From Eledone cirrhosa (lineage: Eukaryota), in contig OZ024742.1 in assembly GCA_964016885.1 (NCBI GenBank), forward strand, positions 90,086,001 through 90,150,000: DNA of 64,000 nucleotides, read 5' to 3'. The stretch's first letter is position 1, and every line of letters begins with the position of its first letter. The position numbers and the translations under genes are program-made. Below the pieces are notes generated by a model, which had not been told where the DNA came from, did no database searches, and worked only from the letters and a program-made list of their open reading frames with translations. This document shows, piece after piece, positions 52,742 to 64,000 of the stretch.

Positions 52742-54839
52742 TAAAATAACAGATTAAAGTTTAAGCAAAGAATCGCTGATTTCACCCTTAACGGGATCTT
52801 CTGAAGCTAACAAAGTCAATCTGTAAACGCAGAACTGGATATTTCAAAAACCGTTGCAACCGGAGGAAGACAGGAGGACGATACTTAGGTTCGTGGTAAC
52901 GTTCGCTGGCAAAGAACGGGAAAAAAACGTATAATACGTCATTAATAGGAGCGGTGAAAAACAATTACGCGCAAAGACAGAACCACGTTTATGGTATAAA
53001 AGAGGTCGTAGACTAATGTTCTCTTAGGTAGTGCATAGAGACGTTCTCTGGCAATGAACGAAAAAACGAAGATAATAAGTCAAATGTGGAGCGTGGAGAA
53101 CAATAGCACGCAAAGACAAAATCACGTAAATGGTAAGCAGAAGTCGTAGACTAAAATTCTAACTAGGAGACCAAATGAATCTCCGCTACAGAGTTAAGAA
53201 CAAAGTAAATAAATACAATACAGAAGTAATAGATACAAATAAATACATACACGCAAACAGATACGTACATACACAAGCATACGCAAAACCTTACCATAGG
53301 TATACAAAACCACGCACATATAAATATGTGTGTGTGTGTATGTTTGTGTACAAATAAATAAATAATTATATAAACGTATATAAGTAAATAAATACGTATA
53401 TAACAAGCGCACACGCATACCTACATATAAATACACGAATGTTCGGAGACGTAAGTCAACTAAAACAAGAAGTACACATATACACACACCCACCATACGT
53501 ACGAACCTGCATACTCACGCAGACGCAAAACTCCCGTATACACATAGCCAAACCCTAAATACCAGAATATGTAAAAATTATACGCCATAACAGTCAAATA
53601 TACGTACGAGAAGGTATACATACCTTCACAAAACATACGGGTAATATATACTTACCTATGCAAATAATTAAAGGAATAAACAAACATATGCTTAGCTCCC
53701 ACATCAAGACGTAAAATATCCACGTATAGATCGTGCTATCCGTTAGGGTATAACGTGGGCTGTAATACAGGAAAGTTTTGTGCAATTTATGTTTACAAGC
53801 CGAAATTGCCTCAGATTTTTTGTTTAAGATGTGGTCTGTGGCGTAGAGTATTTCCAGGGCCTCAGCGGCGCAGAGGTCACATGGTCTTTTATTTCCGTTA
53901 TACGATCTAGCCCTAGCTAGGATCTCCCAGTGTAACTTATATTGGGTGTGGTTGTCTTTTAGACTCCATATATAAGCTGAAAGTGACGTCATATTCCTTC
54001 TAAGAGGGTAACGAAAAGAATGGGTATGCATGTAAAGACGCTGCTTGAAACTATTGGCGGTTAACCCTATGTAGGCCCTACGGGACGTGGGTGTTACAAC
54101 CTTACATTTGTAGACAATGTTACTAGAGAGGCATTTCCCGGATAGGGGGCAATCAGCCCGATTCCTACAATTACAGTTAGTACTAACTACAGGGTTGCAC
54201 GTGTTCCTACGGCTAGGTAGTTTAGCTAAATTTGAAGCTGTGATGTTATGTGCAAGGTTAGGAGTCGTAGAGTAAGAAATTTTAATAGTATTTCTATTAA
54301 AAATTTTACTATATTTATGTGTAGGGGGAAAATGCTTCGTAATAAGGGAAAGAAAGATCTTAGCTAATGGTGTGGCCACATCCATATTATATGGTGGGTT
54401 AAACCAACAAATGCGACGGGATCTATTTCTTCTAGGTCTATTTTCGTACTCAGTATATGCTACCTTATCGACAAATCCACTTCGAGCAAGAGCTTCATTG
54501 TAATAAGTGGAATGGTCGTTGAAAATGCGCTCGTTGGTGGAAAGACGGGAAAGCCTCAACGAAACGTTTCTTACCAGGTTCTTGGTTATGCTGGCAGGAT
54601 GGTTGGAATGCTTACTTATGTAATTAAGCGTATCATTCGGCTTTCTATACGGGTAATACAACCCATTCAATAAATTGAGGGTAACGTCGAGGTAATTAAC
54701 GACCGAGAGATTGGCCTCAACCTGTATAGATAGGTTGAAGCCTTTAAAGAAGGCTGTGAGTTCTTTTCTGAACCTGTCGCAAGCACGAGGTCCGCACTTA
54801 GTCATGGTCAACAGACCATCGTCACGGTACAAACCACCG
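52740..54839 (-). mobile_element. 5'-truncated PLE with uninterrupted RT-C/thumb/CxCx5C/GIY-YIG frame and ~850-bp 3' UTR ending in (TA)n
   Basis: ORF 53594-54832: (GGL)YRDDG, VVNYLDVTL, SNHP, WFNPPY, CNCRNRADCPLSGKCL, NIVYKC..YIGLT..FKQR, CDLC..E, LNKKSE..CKH. Confidence 0.93.
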
Positions 54840-55262
54840 TTTCAAGCTTATTAGCTATCGTCAGCATCGTATACCTTCCTGCCAGATGATTGAACGTCTG
54901 AATGTTCATACTTTTCTTATGCATATTAATGGCTGAGCAGCCTAATTTTTATATCGAGTGAGTTAATTGGCCGGGCGCACCGAAAACGATAAATGGAAAA
55001 AATTAAACGAAATTTCATTTCTCACTCTTAGTACGACTGTTACTTACATATAAATATGTATACGTACATCATATATGTATACAAACGTACAGTAGTATGT
55101 ATATATATACATACATGCACACATATATATATGTACGATGGATTTACATTTATTATAATGCTCGGTTTGTTTGTAAACAAACAAACATCACGAATTAAGC
55201 CGTACATTATTTAGTAACAGCCGTACTAAGAGTGAGAAATGAAATTTCGTTTCATTTTTTAC
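54839..55262 (-). mobile_element. Family D HHR unit fused to the PLE 5' break, with a short inverted D end (55206-55262)
   Basis: Minus strand acgatg-CTGACGA-tagctaataagctt-GAAAC runs directly into ggtggtttgtaccgtgacgat (GGLYRDD). Confidence 0.85.
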
Positions 55263-55705
55263 ATATATATATATATATATATATATATAGCGTCCGAAAC
55301 GTTGAGACCCTCTTCCTGCTCTATCAAGCGTTAACCTAATATATGCCTTCCATATACTGTACCGATTGTGTTGTTAATTTTGTATCAACGACTACGTGGA
55401 CCTCTCAAAATTCGCTGGATTTTCTGATTGGACTTCCACCTCGAAACTGGATACCAACCAGGAGTACACCTGAACTTCCACCAGAAAATCTTTCGTATCT
55501 TTGAAATTTTCTTTGCTTCTTGCATTTAAATATTCCACGACTCTCTACCACCTTTCCTTTACTACATTCTTCTCAGCCGTCTATTTTTCACTCCCACCCA
55601 AGTACCTTCGATATCCCGAATCTCAAATCTTTTCTATTGTATCTAAAGACATTGTTTCTAATTCCATCCCGCCCGTCCCCTTAATCTATTTTATTTCTCA
55701 TTCTT

Positions 55706-55741
55706 TCTTCTGATGAAGGACTAGCGTCCGAAACGTTAAGA
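55706..55741 (+). ncRNA. Minimal type I hammerhead (would need dimer pairing of stem III)
   Basis: tctt-CTGATGA-a-ggac/tagc/gtcc-GAAA-cg-TT-aaga; palindromic AACGTT; partial direct repeat at 55288-55372. Confidence 0.72.
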
Positions 55742-55826
55742 CCTTCTTCCTGCTATATCAAGCGTTAACCTAATATATACCTTCCTTATACTGTACAGAT
55801 TGCGTTGTTTTTTCTGTTTACCTTTT

Positions 55827-55857
<31 letters not shown>

Positions 55858-56165
55858 AGAACGTAGATTTTACATGTGGCCGGTGCTCAGGTGCAATAGG
55901 TAGCAAGTGCCCACAGCTTATTAGCTCCTTCTATTGCCCAGATTGTTCTATAGAAATAGTGGACACCTTCCGTTACCTGGGTGACAAAATCAACAATATA
56001 TGTTTTCTGAAAGTACAGTAGCCAGAGTCAGAATGGGATGGAAAAAGTTCAGAGAGCTTATACGACGATTGGCCACTACAGATTTCTCTCTACAAATGAA
56101 AGGCAGACTGTATGATGCCTGCATACGAACAGCAATGTTACATGGCTGTGAATCATAGGCATTGT
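55858..56165 (+). mobile_element. RTE-clade LINE fragment
   Basis: FTCGRCSG...IEIVDTFRYLGDKI...RVRMGWKKFREL...KGRLYDACIRTAMLHGCES. Confidence 0.75.
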
Positions 56166-56479
56166 GTTCGCTACTGCTGCACTTAGGTTACCTTCGTAAC
56201 GTGCTGTGGGCTCATCCGGGATCCTAAATAGGGCCTTTGGACCCCTGGCTATTGCAATATCTGCTCCTTATCCTAGATGTGGAAGACGGGACGGGACGTT
56301 TGGCACCACACAGTGATGTTCTGTTCGGGAGTTGGTCCAGCTCCCAATGCCAAAGTTCGGTAATAGTCCCTCCAGGATTTTCCCTATGTATAGCACTGCG
56401 TATCTCTCCCGTCTTCGTTCCAAGGAGTAGAGGTTTAGTTCTTTTAGCCTCTCCCAGTAGCTTATCTCCTTGATCGTCG

Positions 56480-57240
56480 CAACCCTCTTGGTGTAGCTTC
56501 GCTGGATTGCCTCAAGCTCCGTGGTTAGTTTGACACTATGGGGTGACTACAGCTGGGAGCCATAGACCAGGAGGGTTAGGACAAATGTCCTCCATACTAT
56601 CAACATGGTGTCTCGGTCACTTGTCCAGAAACTCCTCAAGATCCAGCCAGCGAGTCATCTTCACATTGTCGCCATTTCCATGATGTGGGAAGAAAAAGAT
56701 GCATTGTCGTTCATGTCTATTCTCAGGACTCGTATCGATTTCGAGCGGATTTTCGATCCCTTCTGGTCCGGTGTATCTGTGTTGTATTGTCTCTGTATTT
56801 GCAGGTTTGTATTGTAGACCTTGAAATTTTCTAGCATTAAACTGGATATTGTTGTCCACAGCCCATTTGTATATGGCATCCAGATCTTGTGAAATGGCAG
56901 CATCAGCCGTGTTTTTGATTGCCTGTGCTACCTTAGTGTCATCAGCATAGCTAGTGGGGGATGTTGTATGTACTACATAGGGCATATTTGAGAAAGCCAC
57001 CAAAAACGGTAGTGGGCCCAAGACTGTGCCCTGGGGCACCCCACTTGTTATTGATGTTTCCTTTGAAAGGGCCCTTCTAGGAAATCATGCAGCCACTCAC
57101 CTACTTTTCCAGTTATGCCGAGGTTGTGTAGTTTGTGACATATCATTCCGTGGTCGACCATATCAAAGGCCTTCGCAAAGTCAAGATATATTACGTCTAA
57201 CTGTGAGCTGTCCAACAGTTGTTTCAGTACCCAGCATGGC
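56480..57240 (-). mobile_element. CR1/L2/Jockey-group LINE RT fragment
   Basis: IYLDFAKAFD, GVPQGTVLGP, YADDTK, IYKWAVDNNIQFN, LEAIQR. Confidence 0.85.
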
Positions 57241-57638
57241 CTCAGCCGGATGGCTGGAACAGGTAAAAGAGTTTAAGAGTAATTTATATATGTATATGCG
57301 CGCGCGTGTGTGCGTGTGTAAATATATTTATATATATATATATATGTATATATTTATATATATATATATATATGTATGTATATATATATATACATACATA
57401 TATATATATATGTGTGTGTATGTGTGTGTGAGTGTGTGTGTGTCTTTGTGTATGTAAATATATATATATATAACAAATAGTCTATTGCCCTATATAGCTG
57501 AATACAATAAATATAATCTGAGTTTTTTAATATTAATAATAATGTTCGATTCGGTTGCTGTTATGCAAAAATCCTCTTTAAAGCCATGTCAGTAGAATTT
57601 ACCCGCCGTTCTTGCTCTTGTGTTGGCATGTAAACTAA

Positions 57639-57685
57639 ACTGCAGACACTAATGTTTCTGGGTGATTACTCTTCATCAGTAGAGT
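57639..57685 (-). ncRNA. Hammerhead motif
   Basis: actcta-CTGATGA-agagt/aatc/accca-GAAA-cattagtg-TC-tgcagt; near-palindromic stem III; mismatches in stems I and II. Confidence 0.6.
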
Positions 57686-57845
57686 ATACTGCCAACTGTC
57701 AGAGCTATTGAAAATATATGATTTATCTATCTATATATCCATATATATATATATATATATATGGATATATAGATAGATAAATCATATATTTTCAATAGCT
57801 CTGATTGTAGAGACCTATAAATACCATATTTATTTTTTGATACCC

Positions 57846-57896
57846 AGATTCCTGATGATTTCTAATGAATGAAACAGTTCTAGTCCTGTAGAATCT
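57846..57896 (+). ncRNA. Type I hammerhead ribozyme, sense strand, in the intron upstream of the galaxin-like exon
   Basis: agattc-CTGATGA-t-ttc/taat/gaa-t-GAAA-cag/ttctagtc/ctg-TA-gaatct; perfect 6-bp stem I, paired stem III, GUA site. Confidence 0.78.
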
Positions 57897-57908
57897 CATC
57901 TATATTAA

Positions 57909-57998
<90 letters not shown>

Positions 57999-58083
57999 TA
58001 CATCAAGTGTAAATGTGTATCAACTTCACTTATATAGTTGCCAAATTTAAACAATATTAACATTCGCTTTTTTATTATTTTAG

Positions 58084-58730
58084 GTTATGGTTATTGTGGT
58101 ACCCAGGTGTATTACCCTGCGACTCAAATTTGCTGTGAATCTCAGGTTTTATCCAAAAATGGATTGAAGAGTCCTGCTTGCTGTGGAAGTGTAGTATTTG
58201 ATAGGGAAGATCAATTATGTTGCGCTGGTACTTTAATAAATAAGGCAGCAGGCGTGAATACATGTTGTGGCAACGTGGGGATAGATGCATCTCTTAAGGT
58301 CTGTTGTGGGGCGGCGCAGCCATTAAGGAAGGACTTTTTATGTTGTGGTGGGGCACAACTTACAAGAGAAACTGTAGTTGATGGTTGTTGCGGGCCAGAT
58401 CTTATCAATACATACAAAGAACTTTGCTGTGGTGGGGTTATAAAGGTGATCGCAACCAGCTTTCCCGGAGGTTCTAATGTCATAGAAAACACATACGCTT
58501 GTTGTGGATCCAACATTTACAAAACAACTGAAAACGAATGTGTCGCTGGAAATATCAGGCCAAAGCATGTCCATTATCCACATCCACCAATGCTACCACC
58601 AAGAATACCAATACTACCACCCCAACTACCAATACCACATCCCCAACTACCAATACCACATCCCCAACTACCAATACCACCACCCCAACTACCACTATAT
58701 CCATGGTGGACACGGCCGGGGTGGCAATAA
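58084..58730 (+). CDS. Terminal exon of a galaxin-like di-cysteine repeat protein with a Pro-rich tail
   Basis: Polypyrimidine tract plus AG at 58082-58083 (phase 1); about nine CC(G) motifs spaced 12-15 aa (QICCES, ACCGS, LCCAG, TCCGN, VCCG...); (PQLPIPH)n tail; TAA at 58728-58730. Confidence 0.8.
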
Positions 58731-58746
58731 GCTTTGCTTGATATCA

Positions 58747-58764
58747 ATAAATGCATTCAATAAA
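58747..58764 (+). terminator. Polyadenylation signals
   Basis: Two AATAAA hexamers within about 35 nt after the stop codon. Confidence 0.6.
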
Positions 58765-59399
58765 CATATATGAATCCATGTTTTGTCTGTTTATTTTGTT
58801 TTATATATAACATATATTCGTCCGGAATTTTAGATAGTATTTCAACCTCTTTAGTTGTGGAGGAGAAAAATATCAAACGTATTCTAGCGGCAAAGATCAC
58901 TTCAAATATATTCTCAAAAAACAGTCTTTCAAGAGCCATGTTTTCCGTTAATTATCGGTGATTCAAACTTTCCAATCATAAAAAAATATTTAAAAGGTAA
59001 ATAAACAAGGTGAAATTGTAAACGAGAGGGTTGCTTGAACCAGAAATGTAGTGTGTCGAGAGTGAAGACGTTAAATGGTTATTGAAAGGTTTTGCTCGCA
59101 CAACTGACTAGTTAACATTTCCACACAGACGAGTGGGAGCTCTGTCAGCTTGACATCGTAATTTATTTGTCTTAGAAGGTTGACTTCCAAGACTAATGAA
59201 CATCATATTCCCACAAATCTTGAACCTGTTGTTGGCTTTTCGTTCATCAATCAAGTATTCTCAGTATACTACCCAATGCTCATTTGCATGATATTCCATT
59301 GGTTTATTATTATTGCCGCATCTTAATGACTTGAAACAATTACTTTAAGAAAGGAAAAGATAATGGTTATTGCATAAAAGATAATCGCATAAACTAAAT

Positions 59400-61100
59400 A
59401 TAATTCATCTTAACCAGTCAAAGACAAATAATTCAAAACTGTGGATTTATGAATAGAGTAAACATTGGGAAAGATCATAGAATAGTTAGGACAAAATTTA
59501 AAATAAACCAAAATTAGCAAGACTTCAAATTATAAATAAAGAAACTAAAAATTATAAATAGCGTCGATAAGATTTCTAAATAGAGCTAAGTATTAGATGA
59601 AAGTAATTTATCAGCGTTCTTTAAAACTAAATATGAAACGCTGCAATGATAATAGCAGAGACGTTGGCATCATTTTCAACAAATAGATTAGTAGTTAAGA
59701 TGGATATAGATGGAAAATAGCATAGCTAGACAGTAGAAGAAATAAAGCTGAATAGAAACAGTACAGAATTATATTCTGGAAAAATAGAATATTCGGAAAA
59801 AGCGTTTCGTAAGATGAGATTAATTCGTACCTACCAAATCTTTCACAAAACAGGCATAAAAATAGAGACAGAAAAACAATCTGGTTAAGCTCTCCCTAGT
59901 ACATAGCGTAAAGGTAAACGTAGATAAGAAGTTCTTAGACAATGAGAAAACTGGGATGAAAAAATCCTTCACACGCCCCCAAAAAGGGAAAATTTAGAAA
60001 CGATTTTGGAGAGCGGAGTAAGCATAAATAAAATAGAAAATGAAACGAACAAAAGTAGAATAAAAATTTGAGGAAAAGAAATAAATATTTAAAGTAGTCT
60101 ATAATCGAGATATTAAATACATGTTTAAAACTTATATCAGATACTACATAGTTTGCCATTAAATGACATATCTGTCAACCACAGGAACTACCATTACAAA
60201 TTTATTCTGTAGAGACTAAAGGCAACATACATGTAACCATCTCAATAGACATAATAAAAATACGATGACACCTAACAGCCAAGATACACATGGGTGGTGA
60301 CTGCTCAAAGACGTTCCTTATACAACGTAGTTTCACCTAACCGCAAAATGGAATATTGTTAACTGGAGAGCACTCAAGAGATTTAAGTTTTGTCGATGAC
60401 AGGAATCCTCACAAATACAGCTATGAGATTTAAATGACGTCTATACCAAATGTATAGATGAAAATAAACATTTTCGGTTTGGACATTCAGAATAAAAAAC
60501 CAGGTACAAAACAATGCAGCAACACACAGTAAGAGATTAAAATAAAAGACACTTTAATAAAGAATGTAAATAATTACGAATATCTAGGTCAGAATTATCA
60601 CATATCAGACAAAGCAAAGAAATAAATTTGAGAACAAGAACAATGGTGAGATAAATTTGTTTAAGAAGGAACGATAATATATACGGCGATAAGATTACCT
60701 ATGTTGGTGAAAAGGAATGTGTTCAATCACTAATGTTTGCACTGTTGTATATGCAAGGGGAACGTGGAAGACATACCAGAGTTATGTGCTTGTGTGTGAA
60801 GAAAGGGATGAGAAAGAGGACAGTAATTAGAAATATACTTAAGGAAATAACAATGAAAAACAAAGTAAAGGTCGGCAGTAAGTTTTAAACAAAACGGAAG
60901 ACGATAGGTGGACAAAGCGAACCACTGACTGGATTACAGGAGAGAGATGGAAATAGAGCAATAAACAGAAATTCATGAAGACGAACTGGAAAAGTACAAG
61001 ACAAATTTGAACAAGAATAGCGTTCAACATAAAGTATGTAAGGGGCGTCAAAAGGGATACGTTCGGTAATGAAATGCCAAGCCCTAAAGAAGTGCGCGGC
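59400..61100 (+). mobile_element. Highly decayed LINE (RTE-like) relic
   Basis: Remnants such as F.FVDD near 60385, IKNVNNYEYLGQ near 60557 and RLPMLVKRNVFN near 60692; many stops. Confidence 0.45.
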
Positions 61101-61854
61101 TATCTCTGGCAACAACATATATACGGCGAGACAAAAGAGTGCAAGATATATAGCTAAGGGCTCTGTGATTCATATCGTTCCAGTGATGTTTCCTGAGACC
61201 ATATGTAATGTACGTAACTCTCATTAGCTGAGACTACAAAGATTGAACTGTGTAATTGACTAGAGAGAAAATGAGCACAATTCCATTAGACTATGTTTGG
61301 CTATAGGGGTTAATCTATCGCCAAGTTTAAAACCATCACTGCTGACATGGTTTCTTTTTGTGATGAGCCTGGAGATTTAGAATAATATTATTGGTTTCTT
61401 TTAAATGCTTCAAACTATCAATCGTATTAGATGCAAATATGTCAGTGGTGAATTTCCTATGTATAATTCTAAATCGGTCCAATGGCTTGATTTTTCTGTA
61501 TAGATTTACCAGCGTAATTTGAGTTACATCTTAATTGCCTACCAGCACGAGCGCTTATTATATATAAATTAGAATGTCCATTTTTAGACGGCAAAACACA
61601 AAGAAAAGACGTCGCTCCTATGGCACTACGAAAAAGTTGACATTTCTATCACGTAGAACTAGACATCACACAGATCTTAAATCTTTCATTATATTTATTT
61701 TGCTGTATAAAAATTCTATACAGTTTTTAATTATGATAATCTTAACTACACTAGTAATGGCGACGCTGGGTTACGCAGTAATAAGCATAACTACTGCTGC
61801 TGCCCACCAAATGTAAGAAGAAAAAGTTAAATAGAAGAGAAAAACTAAACAATA

Positions 61855-63410
61855 ATTCCAACCTATCGCTCTGAGCAAAGTCCTCCGACGTCTTGTAGCC
61901 AAGATAGCTTGTAAGTCAGTCAAATATGACCTGGGCGAGGCGCTAAGCTCTGTTCAGCTCGGAGTGACAGCTGTGTGGATGTAAGGTGGCAGCACATGCA
62001 GCTAGATACTTCTTGGTACATGCCTCTTTCGACATTCTACCTCGTAAAAAATGAGAAACGCTTTCAATAGTAGGAGGCAAGATCACGTCTTAGACGAGCC
62101 CCTTTGATATTCCCTCATGCTCACCCCTCGTACGGGACACCAAACATACTCATTGCCGCTGACAACAAGGTCACTTCTGCTACAGATATCCAGCATGAAG
62201 ACCCACTTGTTCCGCTCCTCTTTGTGCTGGCAGGCGTAAGGTTTCCCACTCTGCCGGTCGACCTTCATTGGCTTGTACCTGGACTACGTGACCCCTAAGG
62301 GCTCAGTTGAGTCGGCAGTTAGGTACCTCCGGGTAATCATACAGCTTCGGACTTGAGATAAACCCATCCAAGTCCGACTTGATAAACGTAAGCTACAGTG
62401 AGGCCACTACTACGACGCCATACACAGCATCCACCCCATATTGTCCGGAGCTCGGCCAATGCCAAAAGACTATGTCTGCTTTCACGGCTCTCCAATTCTC
62501 TTGACAACCATACTAGAGTGCCTGGAGACCAAGCACGCAGACCTGTTTTGGATGATGGAGAGGCGCTTTTCCTCCAGAGGAACTGCCTTCCCGTTTCTAA
62601 CTTCTTGTTAACACACTCGTCTCTCTCTCGTAGATCACCTCGGTGAACTTGATGCCACTATGCCACGCTGTGTTGGAACTCATCCGTAACGTTAGTTTCG
62701 ACAGTGCCGGCTGGCAAAAGGCGAGACTCCCTGTGGGGTTTAGTGGTCTCGGCCTCCATCCGCACCAAATCTGGCCTGCTTCTCCTCAAATCTACCTTCA
62801 TAGGGCTCGATTCAGGCTTAAAGCAATACAGCCTCGCCTGCCTCTGTCCCGCTTCGCAGTCAAACAGCGGCACGTGCATCAATTCAGTGCCCCCTTCATC
62901 AACCGGTAGCTTTCTTGATGATGTGTGCACTCGAATCGAAATGGCCCAAGGCCTCGGCTTCCGCATGTGTGAAGCACACGCATGCCGTTGTGGAGCTGTC
63001 ATCGATTAATTCGACCTGCACCTACAATCATGCCACCCCAATGCAAGCCAGTTTCCCCGAGATACCGCTGTCAACGACATAATGAGAAGGAGCTTAGAGG
63101 CAGCCGGTTTCCCATTACAACTGGAGCCAGTAGACGTCGACCATGGAGACGGCAAGAGACACGGCGGAATTACCTTCTTTCCATTAGAGAGAGGTAAATC
63201 TGGAACGCGACACACTGCGATACGTTCTCCACATTGAACTCAGTCGCTTCGACCAAAAATCTTGCATGCTATGCAGAGGATAGAAAGCCAAGCAAATACA
63301 CGAGCTGGACCACCCGGTTCCTCCTTGCACCGGTCGTCATCGAAACTTCAGGCGTCCTCCGATTCCATACAGCTGACTTCCTCTGTAGAATCGCAGATAT
63401 AACATTACCG
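61855..63410 (+). mobile_element. Decayed CRE-type (RLE) non-LTR retrotransposon
   Basis: PIALSKVLRRLVAK, NAFNS, IQHEDPL, ARLPVGFSGLG, CRCGAVID, AVNDIMRRSL, DGKR.GGIT, PVVIETSG. Confidence 0.8.
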
Positions 63411-63891
63411 TGCACGTCGGCTGCTCAGCACACTTCAAGATGTATATCTTAATTAACTACCAGCACGAACGCTAATTATATGCGGACTAGTACGTTCATT
63501 TTCGGAATTTTCATAAATTTTTATGAAACTTATCTATAACTGTGAATTTTTAATGAGTTTTTGATGTCTTATTTATAGTATAATATAATATAGTATATGC
63601 ATATATTTCTTTTATATATATTTACTGCACTATAAAATCTAAAATTTAAGACAGATTCAAATTTATATATAAATGTGAATTTTTGGTGCGCTTTTGATCT
63701 CTTATTTATAATATAATTTATTATAATATGTATGTAGTTATATATTATATTTTATATATTTTTAAATATTTTAAAATATACCTACCACATTTCTATATAT
63801 ATGATTCTAATATAGATAAAATATCCAAACTAAAAATTATTATAGACATTATTTTGAACTCTAAATTATCCATACACTCATTATTGTTTTT

Positions 63892-64000
<109 letters not shown>

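Noticed and set aside
53594-54832. Intact PLE gene, or Naiad-type selenoprotein PLE
   Set aside because: Begins at the YRDD motif with no N-terminal RT half; the endonuclease is C-terminal and no in-frame UGA pattern was seen.
58038-58083. Listed ORF start (TTG) for the galaxin-like protein
   Set aside because: This stretch is an intron polypyrimidine tract and acceptor; coding sequence most likely begins at 58084.

Overview
Eukaryotic, very AT-rich, repeat-saturated DNA, probably from an octopod cephalopod (inferred from an octopus-type tRNA/CORE SINE, (TA)n/(CA)n/(GA)n tracts and RTE/Dong LINE relics). Only one host coding exon is recognisable: a terminal exon for a galaxin-like di-cysteine repeat protein with a Pro-rich tail (58084-58730). 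The rest is mobile DNA: (i) Helitrons, including a four-unit head-to-tail array with exact CTAG|TC junctions (7807-16247); (ii) about ten 5'-truncated Penelope-like retroelement (PLE) RT/GIY-YIG fragments of two linker types; (iii) CR1/L2-, RTE-, R4/Dong- and CRE-type LINE relics; (iv) SINEs. The most notable signal is non-coding. By eye I find about 20 hammerhead-ribozyme (HHR) motifs, intact or decayed, in many unrelated repeat families that end in (TA)n. One ~420-bp HHR unit occurs as circularly permuted copies (retrozyme-like) and is fused to the truncated 5' ends of three different PLEs. Many insertions are two-ended, with 3' ends pointing outward into (TA)n on both sides, giving fold-backs and hetero-chimeras. 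All structures and coordinates were read manually; no alignment, folding or database search was run.
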